Made by a program: the position numbers and the translations under genes. A DNA stretch of 63,771 nt, filler included, from Parasitella parasitica NRRL 2501 (lineage: Eukaryota > Fungi > Mucoromycota), in NCBI GenBank assembly GCA_025201805.1. It is 10 parts of 9 records of this genome, joined end to end, with 100 filler letters (N's around TTAATTAATTAA, not from the genome) between each part and the next. Parts side by side here need not be neighbours in the genome. Positions count along the whole stretch, not along the records: positions 1 to 30,466 come from MU619285.1; 9 more parts are not named here. One strand, written 5' to 3'. Shown here piece by piece: positions 1 to 12,807 of this stretch. Under the pieces are notes generated by a model. It did not search any database, was not told where the DNA came from, and was given only the letters and a program-made list of their open reading frames with translations. How positions within the stretch are numbered: the stretch's first letter is position 1; every line of letters begins with the position of its first letter.

Positions 1-2380
1 TTATTCAGAAAAGTCTTATTACTTTATACAAATCATATTTTACATAACATTACGCTGCGCCCTTTGACACTGGCACAACAATTATTATTCTTATTCTGAA
101 TGTTTATTGTGTAAGGGAAAGCACTTTGATCAAGAGTGTTTTCCTTCACACGACATTCATTGATAAGGTCTTAAATTGTATTTGTAATTCGATGACTTTA
201 TATTTTATGCGAACTCGAATGGCATGAATTGACTATGCGTGACATTTGATTCTTGATTTTTCAGTTACGCGCTTTTAGCTATATCATTCCATTGCAGCTA
301 TGTTAACGAGATACGAAGACTTTAGGTTATTTTACATATATTAAAGATTCGACAACTTTGCATCTGCTATTTCTTACAATTTTTACGACTTCTGGTACAT
401 AAATTGTTGATGACTTATTTAGTTTACTGATAATTTGCAAGTAAAATATTTTTGACAGGGTATGAAGTATCATGGCTATTCATTTTTTATCTGACAATGC
501 CTTTTAATGTTTGTCATTGTAGTAAAAAAGTGTAAAAACAGCAATAGATACAATTTAATTCCTTCTTTATTTTGAAATAGGATAACGTGCAAAGGTTAGA
601 CATTTCTACTCTATTTATTTTCGTTGTTGTAAACGGTCTGTCTGTCATTTACGCCGTAACTGTCAGTCAAGTTTTTCTGTATTTGATCTTACATAATCAA
701 GTACGGTATTCTGTTTCTGACACATTTGTAAATGACATGCAGTCCTTATATTGGTCTATGCGTTCCAAATGTGGTATCTGGTTCGATTTCTTTTATAAAT
801 GCTTCGCGGTTTCACAGTTAGATAATTTAGGTAATTTGTTCATTAACTTGATTCGGAATCTCTAAGGTAGATCCGTAAGAGATGACATTCAATTACTTTT
901 TTGCGGGAAGTTCTATCACTTCAGCACAGCCATTAACACAGACTTTTTACCAGAATAACCTTCTTGGTTGAAACAAAGACTTTTTTCTCCAGTCTACACA
1001 AACGCCTAACATCACATCATATTGGACAATCTCCTACCAATAATTAAGGCAGATCAACAATATGCTATCAGGTTTAACAGGTATAGACTTTATATGGATA
1101 CTGTGGAATCGGTATAAATTGTTATATGGATTCACGGAAAAAAATTATAATAAAAAAACAATAAAGTCAACTTGATAAAGGAATAGGTTTTATTATCAAA
1201 TCGACAGGTGTATAAAGCTCCTGTTCATCTACTGGCCAGGTAGATGAACCTTTATATACTTAAACTGTGGATAAATGTTCTATTCTCGCAATTTAACATG
1301 TATGACAATACTGCGTAACTAGCATCTTAAATTTGCGCTAACCTACATATCAGCAGACTCAAGATAACTTAAATATATTTGAGTGATGAGATAGACTTTA
1401 CCCGAGGTAGTACCCTGATCAATCTTCTATGCGAAGATTATTAATATCAATCCATAAGCGTATATCATTCCTTGTATAGTCTTATCCAGTCTATATTAAT
1501 AGTACATGTCTGAGTGTATATCACTTGGTATTCATCTTAGCATATATCGGTGGTATATGTAGCATGTCTATAGCATGTCATAAGCATATCTATAGCATTG
1601 CACATATTGTACAAGTCTGTAGTACATGATGTATCTGTAGCTAGTATCATGGATATAAGTATATGTCTTGTAGTGCGTATCTAGAAACTGGGAATACGCA
1701 TCTGAAGCATAGATCTTATATAGCATAAGCTCGTAGCATATACTAAATCTAGTAAATGTCTAAGGCTCGTGTCGAGATATAAGTATCAGTCTATAGCGTT
1801 ATCCATCCTAATGGTACCGTCTCTAGCTTATATCTTGTATAGTATAAATCTATATTGCACATCTTATTATCTGTGCGCATATGTAGTTTATATCAATTTA
1901 AGGTAACTGGATGAATCTAGAAGTGGAATGCAGATCATCATAGTGAATGTATTTCACAGATACAACATAGTTTTATTATCCATATAAGGTCATACATACA
2001 TCTTTTATTATATTTTTTAAACACTAAATGTTAATTAGACCTAAAAATAAAAAGTAAAGAATACTAAACACTATGAAAAGGTACTACTGGCAAATTTATT
2101 TCAAATCATATAATCTTTTAGAAAGAGTTATTAATATAAACAACTATCTTTTGACATAACAATTTTGTTTTTTGCTTCTATTGTTATATCAAAATTAGTC
2201 AGTAAAATGAATCTACCAAAGAGATACCCTTTTATTAGAAATGCATCTTTTGGATGTATCTATATAAAGCAACATTATGTTCTAACGTCATAATGTATGA
2301 TAGTAACTAAGGTTTACTACATATAGAGCATACGGTGTAAATCCCTGTTTTACCTACGCACATTGGCTTTGGCCTTAATC
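1..2380. repeat. Dispersed AT-rich non-coding repeat family (modular; partial copies at 44280-44665, 54249-54420, 59531-59847 inverted, 60742-60820 inverted)
   Basis: Block matches seen directly: 1-80 = ~44372-44452 = ~54342-54420; ~770-930 = ~44455-44610; ~1100-1415 is the reverse complement of 59531-59847; ~955-1010 is the reverse complement of 60742-60820; ~2340-2375 resembles 44626-44665. No credible ORF. Confidence 0.75.
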
Positions 2381-3384
2381 TGGCAGCTTATTGATATAAG
2401 ATCTTTAACTGGTTCATTTGCTGCAAATTGCCTTCTTATTGTTCGACCCAAAGTGTACTTAAAAGAAGAATACAAGGTTGAAAGATGCCATAATTATAAT
2501 ATGACATAATACTTAATTTTCTTTTCTTTTCTGATTTGATGATGATCGATATATCAATTCTCTCTCTCAAAAAAAGAAAAATACACATCAAAGAGCAAAA
2601 AACAAATCTCTCATACTAAAAATGTATATAAATGTCTATACTTTTGCATAAAGAACCAACCACAATATTTTACATACCTCTCTGATACCGCCATAATCAG
2701 GACGATTAATATATACTTTATTTTCACCCAGTGATATGCATATACCAAGACTAATCTGAAAAAAGTAGTTTTTGACTAGAATTGTAGCGATAAAAAAAAA
2801 ACATTATATAAATCTTCGATACACCAAATTGTTTTCTTCTTTTGTAACAATATATGCTTATAAAAAGAATTTCATCATAAGCTACTTATTTCACCAAACT
2901 TTCTGTAATAATACTATTGTATACTATTTGGTTATCATCAATATTTAAGAGAGACATTTTCTCAATACTTAATACTAGTAACAACAGCTTGTTCCTTCGT
3001 GTGTTGTTCTTTGCGGCATTTTCTGTAAAAATTGAAGTTTTTAATTATTTCATCATCAGAAATTTTATTTCTTCATCGATAACGAGTGACATTGCTCTAC
3101 GGCTCATATTTCTGGAAATACGGCATCCTTCAACGTGGTTTTACAATATTTTAAATTGTGTTTGGATTGATAGTATGTGATAATAGGCTAATAGTTTTAC
3201 TATGTGGCTTTCAGCTAAACCTGAATCATTTTATAAAAGCAATTGTATAGTAGGTTTCATTCGTAGCTGACAGGTACCGTATCTGCACCAAAACAGCCGC
3301 AACTGTCAGACAGAGGAAACCAGTCCTGGTTTTTTTTTCTCTTGCTTCAAAGAGTTAAAGAAATTTCTTTGATATAGTGTATAC

Positions 3385-6336
3385 ATGCTATTATCATCGC
3401 AAGTTCATCGTGTAATAATAAGAAAAAGCAGCATATCTTTTCAATCGTATTTGAAACAAAAAAGCAGACAATTTAATCGTGGAATGAAAGCGTATATTCA
3501 GATTGTTGGACACAATTCACCTGAAGGTCCACCCAGCTTGCTCCTCCATTATGATTCACAGCGTTATTTATTCAATTGTCGAGAAGGGACACAACGGCTT
3601 TGTGTGCAAGAAAAAGTTAGGCTTGGGAAATTGAGTAATGTATTTTTGACCAGAGTTAATTGGGATTGTATGGGTGGTCTTACGGGTATGTTAAATTGAC
3701 TACGATCCATCTCTCAGATTATTGAAAATTTGGTGAAAATAGGCATGCTCCTTACACTTACTGATGCGGGCGTTCGAAATATCGACATTCATGGAGGGAA
3801 GAATTTGTCACATTTCATTGCAGCTACTAGACAGTTTGTATATAGGTAATTTCACCACACCACATCCAACCACACTTTCATCGTAATCTTTTTCAATAGA
3901 ACAAATGCAACTGTTAATGTTCATGAATTCAGTGATACATCAAAACCATTCAGCGATCGAAATTTAACCATCACACCAGTCATTTTATCCCCAGCAAGCT
4001 CAAGAAAGAGGAACTATGAAGAATATACTTCAGGGAACAATAGTAGTAATACTAGCAGTGATGAATCATCTTTTGAAAGCAACCATTTCACAAAGAGTAG
4101 CATTATGTCTCAAACAGAGGCCGATGAATGTAGAAGAAATGTGATTTCTCTCATGTTTACGAATACTGATAAAGGAGAAAGAGCCCTTGGTCATACCATC
4201 GAAGCCGATTGCACACCTAGATCTTCTTCTCAGGTACCAGTAGGACGTACAACAGTGCATCCCTTATCAGCAGCAGTCGAAAAACCTGTTACCGCCAAAG
4301 CAGCTGTAAAAGAAAGAAGTTATTTAATGAATGGGTTACCTAGAACAAAGCCATTTCCTGCAGCCATCAGCTATATTTGTCAAGGTATCCCGTTGCCACG
4401 TAAATTCAACACAAAAGCCGCACTTGAACTTGGTATAAAGTTAGGGCCAATTTGTGGCAAGTTACAAAAAGGCATTTCTGTCACCTTGGATGACGGAAGA
4501 GTTATAACGCAGGATATGGTCTGTGATCCAGAGGTTCCTGGTCATGCATTCATAGTAATTGATTGCCCTCATGTCAACTATATTGACAGTCTTGTGAATT
4601 CACCCAAATTCAACGACTATAAGATCGGAGGCACACGCAAAGTAAACGCTATCATCCATTACGTTGGTAAAGATGTCCTTCAGGATGCAAGATATAAGGA
4701 GTGGCTCCACTCTTTTGGCACAGCAGCCGATGTAAATAACTCATTTTCGTGCCACATCAAGCCTTTCATTAACCTGTGTTCATTGATAGCATATTTTCGG
4801 ATCTACAGAAATTTGTGCGCAAAGCGTTCAATTCACATCACACGCTGTTGGCCAAGTTAAGCTATCCATGCTGAATGAAAACATATTTCCTATTCCAAAG
4901 TATAACAATTCACCGTCATTACCATTAAACCAAGGTAAGGGAGAGCTCCAGATTCAAAACTCGCGATTAATCGTGATTTTAGTTGAGGGTTTGCCCAAAA
5001 ATAGCTATAGATTAGAAAGCATGGCTCAATACAGCCTCGAGCCTAGAAAAGGCATACAATATTTGAATAGGCCCGCTTTCGACCATACGAATTTCGATCT
5101 ACCCGAAATTGACAAAATAGATAAAAACGTCGAGTATCACGAAGCAGTTCGATTAGCTAGAACAGAAGCATCGCAGGTGGATTGCAGCTACAAATTTCCT
5201 GGCGACAATGTGCAAATCATCACATTGGGCACTGGTAGTTCGATTCCTGCAAAGTATAGAAATGGTAAATAACTAGTCGGTCTTGCATTTTGCTTTGTTG
5301 TTCATAAATCGATAGTGAGTGCTACATTGGTCAAGATTCCTGGCTATGGATCCATGATGCTCGATGCAGGCGAAGGCACTTATGGTCAAATGATGAGGCG
5401 ATTTGGAATTGAGCAATTAGACGAGGAAATGAGAGCTCTCCGATGTATATTCATCTCTCACTTACATGCCGACCACCATTTAGGTGTCGTGCAATTAATT
5501 AACAAATGGAACATGGTAAGTAGGAGGATATTGCCAAGTTGATTGTAGGATTACTGATTTGTTGGGGAATATAAAGGCTACTGATAAGTCTGCTGTTTTG
5601 ACAGTGGTTGCGCCTTATGTGTATAAAAATTGGCTCAGCGAATACAATGACATTGAATATCTAGGATCAAGAAGAACAAGGCTCAAATTTATCAGAAATG
5701 AGAGTATTTTGAAAGATAAAGTGGCAAAAGGACAAGACCTTGTCAATCTGAACGAACTGAAGAAAGCACTTGACCTTACAGTGATCGAGCCAATCGAAGT
5801 TGTCCACTGCAGATGGGCTTACGGCCTATCGATCCAGCACAAATCTGGATGGAAGCTTGTTTATTCAGGAGATACTCGTCCTTGCGAAAAATTGATTGAA
5901 TCGGGCAAAGATGCCACTTTACTGATACACGAAGCAACGCTTGAAGATGGGGAGCTCGAAAAGGCTAAAGCAAAACGCCACAGCACAACAGGAGAAGCTA
6001 TTGATGTTGGAAAAAGGCAGGTCTACGCAATTCATATGAAGATATACGAGACTAACTTGGTTTGAAATTGATCATAGAATGAACGCCAAATTTACGTTGC
6101 TGAATCATTTTAGTCAGCGATATCCCAAAGTGCCCATTCTTTCAGAAGAACAATCTAACGTGTGCTTCAGTTTTGATTTGATGACAATACAAATGCGGCA
6201 AATTCCGCTGTTGCCAAAGTTTAGAGATGCTATTCAGCTTGCATTCAAAGAAGACGATGAAGAAGAGGAAGAAGACACTGAATCTGCCTGCGTGAAAAAA
6301 GTGAGCAAAAAGCAGCAAAAGAAGAACATCAAATGA
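3385..6336 (+). CDS. TRZ1: tRNase Z, long form (ELAC2/Trz1), about 8 exons
   Basis: N-terminal YLFNCREGTQRL, exosite GPICGKLQKG, TLGTGSSIPAKYRN, DAGEGT, HLHADHHLG metallo-beta-lactamase motif, YSGDTRPC, LIHEAT, HSTT, LNHFSQRYPK. Short introns join the ORF pieces; the last is GC-AG. Confidence 0.95.
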
Positions 6337-6504
6337 CCTAAATATTTTGTGTCACTTTGATAGTCTTTTTCATCATGATGAAACTGTTTTATCATGCTGC
6401 ACAACACAACATAACAGGCCTACATATAAATAAACACGTACTTGTGTCATTCGTACTTTTGTTTCTTTCCTTTCTCTTTTGTTTTTTCCCCTCTGAAAAT
6501 AAAA

Positions 6505-7640
6505 ATGGCTGATTTCGCTCAACCTCCCCCCATTGACACCACACAACAGCAACAACCAAAGCTGGAGGAGTCTCCCATTCCATCTGCTACGGCACGTAAG
6601 TATTATAAAAACCAAAAGCGAGCCACCATGCATATGTAAAACGATGATTAGCACCTGTAGATGGAGCCACTCTTCCCGCCATCAACAAGGATCCCGTCTT
6701 TGATACCCCTCCTCCCTCCGTAAAGCCAAGCACAGACAAGATTTCTACTGGCAAGTCGTTTGCCTACAAGTCGCCCAACATCAAATTTGAGGATGGTAAT
6801 GTAGTTTATATTTTTTCTTGAGAAAAAGAAAAAGAAAACCAAGTGGTACTGATCATGGCGAATCTAGATGCTCCTGCTTATTTGAAGGCCAAGGTGGAGT
6901 CTCTTATTTACTGGGAATACCCGAAAAAGAGCGCCATCTTTCTCATCTCATCGCTTAGTATCTTGATTTTGACACAATACTACTCTCTCTTACAAATCGT
7001 TGCTGGTGTGTTCACCCTAACTACCGGATTGAATTTGGCGTTCGTATTTGCACACAAGCAAGGTCAAAGATTCATTGGAGGAAAGACTGGTGACAACATT
7101 TCCAACCCTCATAGGTATGTGTAAAAAAAAAAAAAAGCTTGGTTTATGATCAAGAAAGCGTCGTGCTGAATGTCTGCTGCATGTAGTGAACGCCTAGAAA
7201 CCAAAGGCACTTATATCCCTCGTGATCGCGTCTTGCGTACGGCACAGTTAACCATCGATGTAGTCGAGGTCATTACACAGCAAATCACAAAATTAATTTT
7301 GATCGAAGATACCTGGCGTTCTGTCATTTCATTAGTTGTATCCTACATGGTCTGGACTCTTGCAAAATACGTGTCAACAAAGTATTTATTCGGTATCTTT
7401 GTGGTCTCTGCCTTTAGCCTTCCTCGTCTTTATCTCCAAAATCAAGAACTTGTAGATGCTCATGTCGCTCGCCAATCCAAGAACGCTCGTGTCTTGGCTG
7501 AGCAATATGGCGGTGTTGCTATGGCTAAAACAAGGGAATTGACTGAGCAGGCAAAGACTTTTATCAAGTCAAAGTCTGCGTCTATTTCTAAGCCTGGTGC
7601 AGCCACCGCCGCCCAAGAAGCCATCAAAAAAGTCGAATAA
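6505..7640 (+). CDS. RTN1: Reticulon-domain ER membrane-shaping protein, about 4 exons
   Basis: SLIYWEYPKKS start of the reticulon homology domain, two long hydrophobic segments, and AFSLPRLYLQNQELVD. ATG at 6505 after an A-run; GT-AG introns. Confidence 0.85.
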
Positions 7641-7977
7641 GTCATTTTATATGATTGCATAGCAATAAAAATCCCACATAGTTTTCTCCTTTATTATTCA
7701 TATGTTAATCTTGTAAAAAAAAAAAAATCAACAGGGGGTTATAGGGTCCCACGTAAACAAGGGAGAGGCACAGCTACACTGTATTTATATTATTGTTTGT
7801 GCACCATCATGACAGGGCTTTTTTTCTCTTTGTATTACCTCACTCGATACAAAAAAAAGGTATAATTAGTGCTCTTCAATGCTTTTTGCCGATTAGTTTG
7901 TTATATAAAAGGCGGAAGAATGCTAATGTACAGAGAAGGGCATTAGTTGTAGATGTACAGCACGTTATAATTTTTGA

Positions 7978-8667
7978 TTAATGCATCTTACATTGAAACA
8001 AGATTCTTGAAAGATTTGCTAATTGCGCATAGTAACCGTGCCTCCATCCTGTTCTGAAAAGTGCGCCAGTAAAATGTCTGTCCTGATAATAAAATGGCAC
8101 ATATTGGATCAATCTTGAATACAGTTCCTTTGGACAAGATTGCTTTTCCTCAAGACACAGTAATGTTCCAGGCCCTTTATATTGATGCACATCACGCGGC
8201 GAGAATCCAACTGTAATGTGAAAATTAGTCGTCCCCAAACCTACAAAATGCCGAATGGTTTGTCCAAACGGCCAGAATACGACTCTGTAATAAGATTTGG
8301 CGTCTTCAGATCTAGTCGAGCCTAAACCAAGATCAATAGGTTTCTCCCACTCAGATGAATTGCCAAAGCGATCAAGGATAGAATGTAGTAAATTCAGCTG
8401 TGCTTGTTTAAACATTTTATCCTTTTTTTTACTTGAGGGAGATTTTTCATTGCCGTCGTCGTCTACAATCGTCTTGGGCAGCCCGTCCTTAATTTCCAAG
8501 TGATTTATAACCGTGATATGATGCCCATTGTCTTTGCCGTCTCTCAATAATCGATTTTCAATAAAATCTGGAGTAACTATTTGCTCTACACGAGATCCAA
8601 TTTCATCGATGTATCCTCCACGCAATGACAGATATCTCCCTTCTCGTTCAAATGATAGACTGACCAT
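7978..8667 (-). CDS. 2H-phosphoesterase-fold protein (resembles the fungal 'Swiss Army Knife' 2H domain), intronless, 229 aa
   Basis: Two HxT motifs (HHITVI and FHITVGF) about 100 aa apart, plus PIDLGLG, YYRVV.WP and DVH..KG. Confidence 0.75.
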   Translation of the reverse strand: MVSLSFEREGRYLSLRGGYIDEIGSRVEQIVTPDFIENRLLRDGKDNGHHITVINHLEIKDGLPKTIVDDDGNEKSPSSKKKDKMFKQAQLNLLHSILDRFGNSSEWEKPIDLGLGSTRSEDAKSYYRVVFWPFGQTIRHFVGLGTTNFHITVGFSPRDVHQYKGPGTLLCLEEKQSCPKELYSRLIQYVPFYYQDRHFTGALFRTGWRHGYYAQLANLSRILFQCKMH

Positions 8668-8737
8668 AAAAAAAAAAAAAAAAAAAAAAAAAGCCCCCCT
8701 CCCCGCAACAGATACAATGGAGATTCAAATTTTTTAT

Positions 8738-9757
8738 TTAATCCCTCCAAGCGATATGTACCTCGTCTGTTCTAAAGCGCTGTGTGATGGTAGTCTCTTG
8801 TAGGGGAGTGATGAAGCCGGTTTTATAAGCTAATAGACCAGCGTGTGCAATCATAATTCCGTTATCAATGCAAAATCTGTCGTCAGTAGCGCATACAGTG
8901 CCATTTCTCTGTGCTGCCATCTGGCTCATCATTTCCTGTAAGCGGATGTTACATCCTACTCCTCCAACCAGCAGCACTTGGCTTGATTCAACATGTGCCA
9001 TTGCTCTCTCTGTGATTTCAACCAACATCGCAAACAGCGTCTCTTGAAGCGAAAAGCATAAATCCTCTGGAGTCACCTGTCCCTTTGGCAATTCAGACTT
9101 TGCCAGCTTTTCAATATGTGAAAGAATGCCAGAGAATGACACATCCATTCCCTTGACAGCATAAGGTAGCTGAATAAAATTTTTGCCTCTCTTTGCGTAT
9201 TGCTCAATGTTGTATCCTGGACTCGGCGCATTCGATAAGTTTAGTATACGTGCAAAGCGATCAAGACAGTTGCCGATAGCGATATCCAATGTCTCTCCAA
9301 AAATACGATAGCGTTGTTGAGAGTACGCAATAACCTGTGTATTGCCTCCACTGACATAGAGCACAACAGGATTATCTGCTTTCGTTACCTCTCTTCCCAT
9401 TTCAATGTGTCCAACACAATGGTTGACACCAACAATAGGCTTGTTCCATAATAGAGACAACGTACGAGCAACCAATGCTACGGTAACTAACGGTGCTCCC
9501 ATGCCTGGTCCTTTGGTATAACAGACGATATCTATGTCATTGGGTGTCATGTTTGCTTCTTTCAATGCATCTTTTGTAACTTTGAGAATACAATCGCGAT
9601 GATGTTTGGCTGTGTCGCGAGGCAAAAAACCCTGCCCGGGTGGTGTGATGTATGTATCTCTGACGTTGGCCAAGATATCCACTTGATCACCTTCATGTCG
9701 AATAATTCCAACGCCAAGTTTATTAGCCGAGCCTTCAAATCCAATAGCTACAACCAT
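8738..9757 (-). CDS. KAE1: tRNA N6-threonylcarbamoyladenosine (t6A) synthase Kae1/OSGEP (KEOPS), intronless
   Basis: [58 protein letters not shown], and C-terminal QRFRTDEV. Confidence 0.97.
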   Translation of the reverse strand: MVVAIGFEGSANKLGVGIIRHEGDQVDILANVRDTYITPPGQGFLPRDTAKHHRDCILKVTKDALKEANMTPNDIDIVCYTKGPGMGAPLVTVALVARTLSLLWNKPIVGVNHCVGHIEMGREVTKADNPVVLYVSGGNTQVIAYSQQRYRIFGETLDIAIGNCLDRFARILNLSNAPSPGYNIEQYAKRGKNFIQLPYAVKGMDVSFSGILSHIEKLAKSELPKGQVTPEDLCFSLQETLFAMLVEITERAMAHVESSQVLLVGGVGCNIRLQEMMSQMAAQRNGTVCATDDRFCIDNGIMIAHAGLLAYKTGFITPLQETTITQRFRTDEVHIAWRD

Positions 9758-9971
9758 TTCGTGATTCTTGTGTGTAAATGAGGAGGGAAATAAAAAATTA
9801 AAAAGTCAAGATTAAAGGCACATCCCAAAAGACTATTTGATTTAATTCAAGTAGTGTTCATAGACCAAGACGCCTTTTGACTCAAATTGACATTTGATGT
9901 ATATATTTATTCTTTTTATTATTACAGTAGCATTTTGGATGTCTAAATATTTCAATTCGCCCTTTTTTACT

Positions 9972-10453
9972 TTATTCCAAAACTTTGGCAAGGATCTCGG
10001 AATCACGGAACAAAAGATATTCCTGTTATACATGAAAAATGTCAATATTTCTCTTGTTTAGCCAATCTTTATACTCACCTCTCCAGAAACCTTGACAGGA
10101 CTACCGCCATAGGGAGGAAGAATAACCTTATCGCCAGCATTGACTTGAAGAGGGATGTGCTTACCTTCCTTGTTGAGGGCACCCTTACCAACAGCAACAA
10201 TAACACCTTCGTTTAAAGCTTCTTGAGCCTTCTCAGGGATGAAGATACCGGAAGCGGTTTTCTAAGCAGGATAAATGAGTATCCAGCTAACACTACATTT
10301 GTGAATCTGCTTACTTGTTCAGGCTTAATGCGTTGGACCAAGACACGGTCGAGGAGAGGGACGATATTCTTGAGCTTGGCGGCAACAGACTAAGAAAAAA
10401 AAAACCAATTCAGCAACTGATCTGTCACCCTTGAGCCATTATAAACTTACCAT
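9972..10453 (-). CDS. HSP10: Mitochondrial co-chaperonin Hsp10 (4 exons; exon 1 is the ATG only)
   Basis: Manual splicing gives [53 protein letters not shown]...GDKVILPPYGGSPVKVSGE-EYLLFRDSEILAKVLE*. The ORF track missed it because the exons are short. Confidence 0.95.
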
Positions 10454-10574
10454 TTTTTGTACTATGTATATGTAAAAAAAAAAAAAAAAAAGAGAAAGGC
10501 AAGTTTGATGTTTAACCCCCAGTTTTTAATGGATGATGGGAGATGAACCACCTTATCCTTTCCAGTCACGAATA

Positions 10575-10592
10575 GAAGTTCCTGGAAAGTTC
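10575..10592. promoter_or_regulatory. Heat-shock element upstream of HSP10
   Basis: GAAgtTCCtgGAAagTTC: four alternating nGAAn units with one mismatch, about 120 bp upstream of the HSP10 ATG. Confidence 0.7.
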
Positions 10593-10988
10593 TCACCCTT
10601 TTCCCAGGACATGAAGGGTATTTGCATCTCCCCAGGAAAGATCCAATGGTGCAAAGTCCATCGTAAATGTACATTTTAACAAATGGTATTGAAAGTATGA
10701 AGACCTCTTCCCCCCATAATACTGTAACTGTATCTGAAATCTAAAAATATGGATAGTATAAGATATCATAGCACTCTTTATAATACATAGTTAACCTTCA
10801 TTCAACTACATACTGCTTTTTACTTTCCAAAGTGTGTTGAATGTGAATCATTCATTGAAAAGTTTCGCTTCGTAATTCAGATCAAGCAGAACTGAATTAG
10901 CTGGTTTCTTATACAAAACATTTCATGGTTGATTCTACTTATTACAGAATTACCGGGTGACATTTGACCATAAATCCGATCAGGAGCA

Positions 10989-11084
10989 GTTGCCATGGTA
11001 ACGATTGTATCCTATAAGCATAACAATTTCGTGAATGTTTTTATTCTTTAACATCTTTGGTCCGGGAACGGTTACCATGACAAT
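10989..11084. promoter_or_regulatory. Two RFX X-box-like palindromes
   Basis: GTTGCCATGGTAAC at 10989-11002 and GTTACCATGACAAT at 11071-11084 match the GTNRCC-AT-RGNAAC X-box consensus, the second imperfectly. Confidence 0.5.
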
Positions 11085-11650
11085 GCAGTTAAAATAATGG
11101 TGATCATTCTATGTTTTGGATATAGAAAATATTACTGAAGATCTGCTAGTTGCTAGAAATCCTATTACGTTGTTTTACATGCGGAATGTAAGGTCATTTA
11201 AGAAGAAATTATAGGCATTGCGATATGAATCCATCAAATGTTGCCTATCCAACTGAGCCAGCCGGTTGCTGACTTCGATCTAGCTCTTCCGAATATTTGT
11301 CCTTCCTAATCTTGTATGCATACCTACAATCTGATTTACTCGAGGATGGCCATAACTTGAACTTGTTGGAACTTATGAATGTACGTTTTGACTTGGTGGC
11401 AAGCACCCAATTCATTAAGGTTATAACAATACGCATGATAGCTACAGTTTTCTGAAAACACACCACATTACTTGCTATTATCATACTCGAATCAGTTTTT
11501 CTGAAAAAAATAGAAAAGAAATTAAGGTTAATCATGTATATTGCGATCTTTCAACATGGACGCCTCCATTTTGATGATGAGTAAGAAATAAGGACACCAA
11601 AATGTTTTTCAAAATAATCTTTTATCAAAAATCAAAAATAAAAATTCTCA

Positions 11651-12608
11651 TTACAAAAAAAACGATTGCTGTTGCTGTTGTTGCTGCTGCTGCTGCTGTT
11701 GTGGGTCGTTCAAAGTACGAATATTGATGCTATGAAATTGATGAAAATGGTGAACTTGTTGACGATGATTGCTTGAAAGTAGAGAATGAATGCTAGTGCT
11801 TTTTAATGGCGTTGAAATTGACGTTACAGTTGGATAATTTGGAGTTGGTGTGTTTGGAGTTGATTGGGTTGGAGTTGGTACAGTGGACGATAGCGTTGTG
11901 GTTGTATTGTCAGGCTCAATCATTGGCAGAATCCTAAAATTTTGCTTTAGCAAGAGTTCAGGAGAGATCTCTAAATTAGCCAGTTCCGGAACCACCGAAG
12001 GAGTGCGAAGCTGATGCTCCACGACATCGCTAGGATGATAGTAAGAAACAAGATGAAGAGGGTCTCCATTGACTACTAAAGAAATGGTCTTTTTGATCAA
12101 TCCACTTTCCTTAAAATTGTACGCCTCTGACAAACTACCGACCAAATGTCGAGTCGTGCGATAGCTATTGTTTTGATCTGAAAATTGACGCATTTTTGGC
12201 TGCAGCGTTGTTGTGGAGGTGATACTATTATCACTACTACCATTGCTAGACGACCTTTTTCTTATTTTCTGTTGCTTTTGTAATGCTACCGGTTTCTTAT
12301 CCAATTCACGATATATTAGAAAATTGCCTAATATACGAGAGGGACTCCACACTAGGCCGTCGGTCCAGCGTTTAATACCTACAATTTATGCTAGAATAAG
12401 AAGTTCGATGTATATAATCAAATAGTTGGTACGCACCAGAATCCTTTACATCAAACACAAAAACGGAGCCTGAGCGAACCATTTTCCTCTCTCTTTCTTG
12501 TAAACGTCTGGAGACTGTCGGTAAAATGTTTCTTCTGCAAGCTTCAAAAACTAAAAGCGAATCTTGAGTGGTTTCGATGTAGCCATGAAAAGTTTCTGAC
12601 ACGGACAT
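11651..12608 (-). CDS. Gti1/Pac2 (WOPR) family transcription factor, 2 exons
   Basis: ETFHGYIET...RRLQERERKMVRSGSVFVF...SG|IKRWTDGLVWSPSRILGNFLIYREL, then GLIKKTISL and HLVSYY; poly-Q tail. Confidence 0.93.
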
Positions 12609-12807
12609 CTTTTTAGAATAATAATAATAATAATAATAATAAAATAAGGGAAAAAGGATTACAGGAACAAAAGATGGAAAAAGGACACAACAAACAAATC
12701 AGACATAATTATTCTGAGAAGTCTAACCCCATAAAATTTATCAAATATACATAGTAGATATAAATGCGAGTATATCTTTTTTTTTTCTTCCTTGCTTATT
12801 TTTATTC

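Noticed and set aside
8660-8715. 56-nt GTATCT...CAG intron fusing KAE1 to the 2H gene
   Set aside because: Splicing would remove the 2H ATG and is out of frame with KAE1; the upstream frame reaches a stop without an ATG.
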